Of a stretch of DNA of 64,000 bases, positions 61,261 to 64,000 are shown piece after piece. Below the pieces are notes generated by a model. It worked only from the letters and a program-made list of their open reading frames with translations, had not been told where the DNA came from and searched no databases. The translations under genes and the position numbers were made by a program. The stretch's first letter is position 1. Every line of letters starts with the position of its first letter. This DNA comes from Planctomycetota bacterium (GTDB lineage: Bacteria > Planctomycetota > UBA8108 > SXIK01): positions 3,424,001 through 3,488,000 of the forward strand of contig CBDCXR010000004.1 in assembly GCA_965223845.1 (NCBI GenBank), in the 5' to 3' direction.

Positions 61261-64000
61261 CTAAAACCGTCGCGTTTTCCCCGCCGGAAGCTCGCGCCGA
61301 TCGCGGAACTCGCGGTAAAGCCGCGTGTGCCGGCTCTCGAGATCGACGGGACGACCGGCGATGAACATGCGCAGGACGTGCGTCGTCATCTCGAACGGAT
61401 CACCGTCGGTGACGATGAGATCGGCGCGCTTCCCGGGCTCGATGCTCCCGAGCTCATCGTCCGCGCCGAGGATCTTCGCCGCGCCGAGGGTGAGCGCCTC
61501 GAGTCCCTTCTCCCACGGCAAACCGAACGCGACCGCGGTTCCGATCTGATAGGGAAGATTGCCCGCGTTCGACGCGTCGCTGGACTGAAATGCGATCGGA
61601 ATGCCCGCGCGGACGAGGATCCCGGGGTTTTCGTAGGGGGCGTCGTACGGATCGAACGACTCCATCGGAAGCGCGTGAACGGGGCCGAGGATCATGGGGA
61701 TCTTCCGCTCGGCCAAAAGATCGACGATCTTCCATCCTTCGCGTCCGCCGCAGATCACCGGGCGGACGTCGAGTCGCTCGGCGACCTTGATCGCGAGCCG
61801 GATGTCGATCTCGCGATTCGCATCGAAGAGAACGGGAAGCGTCTTGTCGAGATACGGGCGCAGGGAGTCGAAGCGCGGATCGATCGGCGGCAGGGCGCTG
61901 CCCGCCTCACGTGCGCTCGCGTGACCCGCGTGGTAGCGGCGAGCGGACGCGAAAAACTCTTCGAGCCGTTCGACGCCCTCAGGATCCTTCTTATCGTCGC
62001 GATTCCTCGACGGAAGTCGCACGCGAAGCCCGACGCGCGTCTCGAGCACGGCCTCTCCAGTGCTCGAGCCGGCGAGCTGAATGAGGCCCGTCTGTCCGGC
62101 GACAACCGGCCCGCTCGCCGAGACGAGAGCACTCGTGGTACCGGCGAACCGCGCGACTGGAATGAGCTCCGAATGAGCGTTGACCGCGGTCGTCGCGAGA
62201 AGATCCGGCTGAAACTCACCGACTTCCCGCCGATCCACCGAGCCGTACACCGAGTTGATCTCGGCGAGCCCGAGATAGGTCCCCGCGTCGATCCAGCCGG
62301 GGAACACGAAACGTCCTTCTAGGTCGACGATCATCGCGCCGGATGGCGCCTCGAGGCCGACGCCGACGGCAGTGATCTTTCCCGACTCGATCAAGACATC
62401 GCCGCCTTCGATCGGCGGCGAGCTCACGGGATGAACGCGCGCCCCCTTGAGGAGATAGACGTGACGGCCATTTCGGTCCGGTGCAGGCGGGAGCTCCGCC
62501 GTCACCGGAGCGAAGGTGACGGTTTTCGGCGCGTCCCCTTCGGCGCGCGGGCGCGCAAACTCGATCTCGCCCTCGACGAACGTGTAGCGACATCGCGCGT
62601 AGACGCTTAGCGGATGCGCGTCGAAAACAGCGACATCTCCGTCCTTTCCGACTTCGAGCGAGCCGACGCGGTCGAAGATTCCGAGTTGGCGCGCGGGACC
62701 GGTCGTGATGAGCTCGAGGGCAGCGTGGTGGTCGAGGCCGCCAGCACGTACGGATTTCGCGGCTTCGTGGTTCAGTCGACGCACCATCTCGCGGTCGTCC
62801 GAGTTGACCGACGAAACGACCCCCGCGCGCGCAAGGAGCGCGGCATTGTGCGGGATCGCGTCGTAGGCCTCGAGCTTGTAGGCCCACCAGTCGCTGAATG
62901 TCGACGCCCCGACTCCCGCCGCCGCGATTTCCGGTGCGACCTTGTATCCTTCGAGGACGTGCTGGAGGGTCGCCAGCGGAAGATCGAGCTCGCGCGCCGC
63001 GCGGAGGAGCATCTCGATCTCGTCGGCGCGGTAACAGTGCGCGTGGATCCAGCGCGTTCCACTGCGAATCTCGCTGAGCGTCTCGAGTCGGAGATCTCGC
63101 CGCGGCGGCAGACGCCGCTCGCCGCGAGCGGTCGCTTCCGCGTGGGCGCCCCACCGAGAACGGTACGCGTCGGCCTCGGCAAACGCGCGGCGGATCACCG
63201 TCTCCACACCCATGCGGCTGATCGGATATCGCGTTCCGCGGCGAGTCGAAAAGTTCGAGTGGCGGACGTTCTCCCCGAGCGCGAATTTCACGCCGGGTGG
63301 AGCGTCCGGAAAGAGGAACCGGTCGCGCGCCGCGCGGTAGCGGCTTCGGACGACGGCGTTCTGTCCACCGATCGTGTTCGCACTTCCGTGGAGGAGATTC
63401 GACGTCGTCACGCCGCCCGCGGCGGCACGGTAGATTCCGAGATCGCGCGAGTTGAGCACGTCTTCGATGCGGACTTCGCAGGTGATCGAGAGCGAAGATT
63501 CGTTCACGCCGCCTTCGATCGCGAGGTGCGAGTGACAGTCAACGATGCCGGGCATGACGAACCAGCCCGCGCAATCCACGATCTCGACTCCGTCGGTAGC
63601 TTCGAGAGTCGCGCCGATCCCGGCGATCTTTCCGCCGCGGATGAGAACGTCGGCGACCGAGGGAGCGTCGCGGCTCGCCATCGTAATCACGGTGCCGCCG
63701 CGGAGAAGAACGTCGCCGCCCGTCCGCACTTTCGCGATTCGGTCCTCGTCGAGCTCGGTCGCGTAGGTCGGCGGAGGCTCCTCCGGCTTCGACTTCTCAC
63801 CCTCTTTCTTTTCTGCGGCTGGTTCGTCGCCCTCCTTCGGCGGCGCGTCCTTCGCTTCGGGCGGCTTCGGCTCGCCTTCGGCTTTCGTCTCCGCGCTCTT
63901 CTCTTCGTCTTTCGCTTGGTTTTCGTCCGGCTCGGCGAACTCGAACCGCGCGCCGTCGACGAAGAGCTCGCGCACGCGCGCCTTCTCGTCGGTGATGCGC
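61261..64000 (-). CDS. Multi-domain amidohydrolase family protein, 5' end outside window
   Basis: Domain with PGIVDCHSH, KFALGEN, HAHCYR, QHVLEG, NSD, GSLEVGKDGD; second domain PGWIDAG...GSIEPGKRAD. Frame stays open to the window edge. Confidence 0.9.
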   Translation of the reverse strand, partial: RITDEKARVRELFVDGARFEFAEPDENQAKDEEKSAETKAEGEPKPPEAKDAPPKEGDEPAAEKKEGEKSKPEEPPPTYATELDEDRIAKVRTGGDVLLRGGTVITMASRDAPSVADVLIRGGKIAGIGATLEATDGVEIVDCAGWFVMPGIVDCHSHLAIEGGVNESSLSITCEVRIEDVLNSRDLGIYRAAAGGVTTSNLLHGSANTIGGQNAVVRSRYRAARDRFLFPDAPPGVKFALGENVRHSNFSTRRGTRYPISRMGVETVIRRAFAEADAYRSRWGAHAEATARGERRLPPRRDLRLETLSEIRSGTRWIHAHCYRADEIEMLLRAARELDLPLATLQHVLEGYKVAPEIAAAGVGASTFSDWWAYKLEAYDAIPHNAALLARAGVVSSVNSDDREMVRRLNHEAAKSVRAGGLDHHAALELITTGPARQLGIFDRVGSLEVGKDGDVAVFDAHPLSVYARCRYTFVEGEIEFARPRAEGDAPKTVTFAPVTAELPPAPDRNGRHVYLLKGARVHPVSSPPIEGGDVLIESGKITAVGVGLEAPSGAMIVDLEGRFVFPGWIDAGTYLGLAEINSVYGSVDRREVGEFQPDLLATTAVNAHSELIPVARFAGTTSALVSASGPVVAGQTGLIQLAGSSTGEAVLETRVGLRVRLPSRNRDDKKDPEGVERLEEFFASARRYHAGHASAREAGSALPPIDPRFDSLRPYLDKTLPVLFDANREIDIRLAIKVAERLDVRPVICGGREGWKIVDLLAERKIPMILGPVHALPMESFDPYDAPYENPGILVRAGIPIAFQSSDASNAGNLPYQIGTAVAFGLPWEKGLEALTLGAAKILGADDELGSIEPGKRADLIVTDGDPFEMTTHVLRMFIAGRPVDLESRHTRLYREFRDRRELPAGKTRRF

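Overview
GC-rich bacterial chromosomal segment with about 42 recognisable CDSs. It is most likely from a Planctomycetota lineage (inferred from three secreted proteins with a GDxNxDGxxxxxD...LF dockerin-like module, plus HEAT/TPR, DUF4388, CotH-LTD and FG-GAP proteins and the group-2 sigma factor style). Housekeeping genes include NAD kinase, groES-groEL, apt, tkt, RNase II, recD2, UDP-glucuronate decarboxylase, a ROK kinase and glucose dehydrogenase. I see no rRNA, tRNA, CRISPR array, transposase or prophage. The main unexplained signals are: (1) a complete sigma-54 circuit visible in the DNA (GAF/AAA+ activator, two TGTCA-N3-TGACA palindromes, a consensus -24/-12 promoter) pointing at a lone receiver gene followed by groES-groEL; (2) an HNH endonuclease with a ~750-bp non-coding upstream region containing a nested multi-stem structure; (3) a 111-112 bp tandem array of hairpin-rich units downstream of groEL; (4) a ~250-bp element bounded by perfect 30-bp inverted repeats after tkt; (5) two apparent pseudoenzymes (Lnt-like, CotH-like); (6) an orphan M.NlaIII/M.HpyI-like adenine methyltransferase translationally coupled to NAD kinase. 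All family calls come from motif recognition by eye, with no database search. Start codons were adjusted from the ORF track where an internal start fit better.
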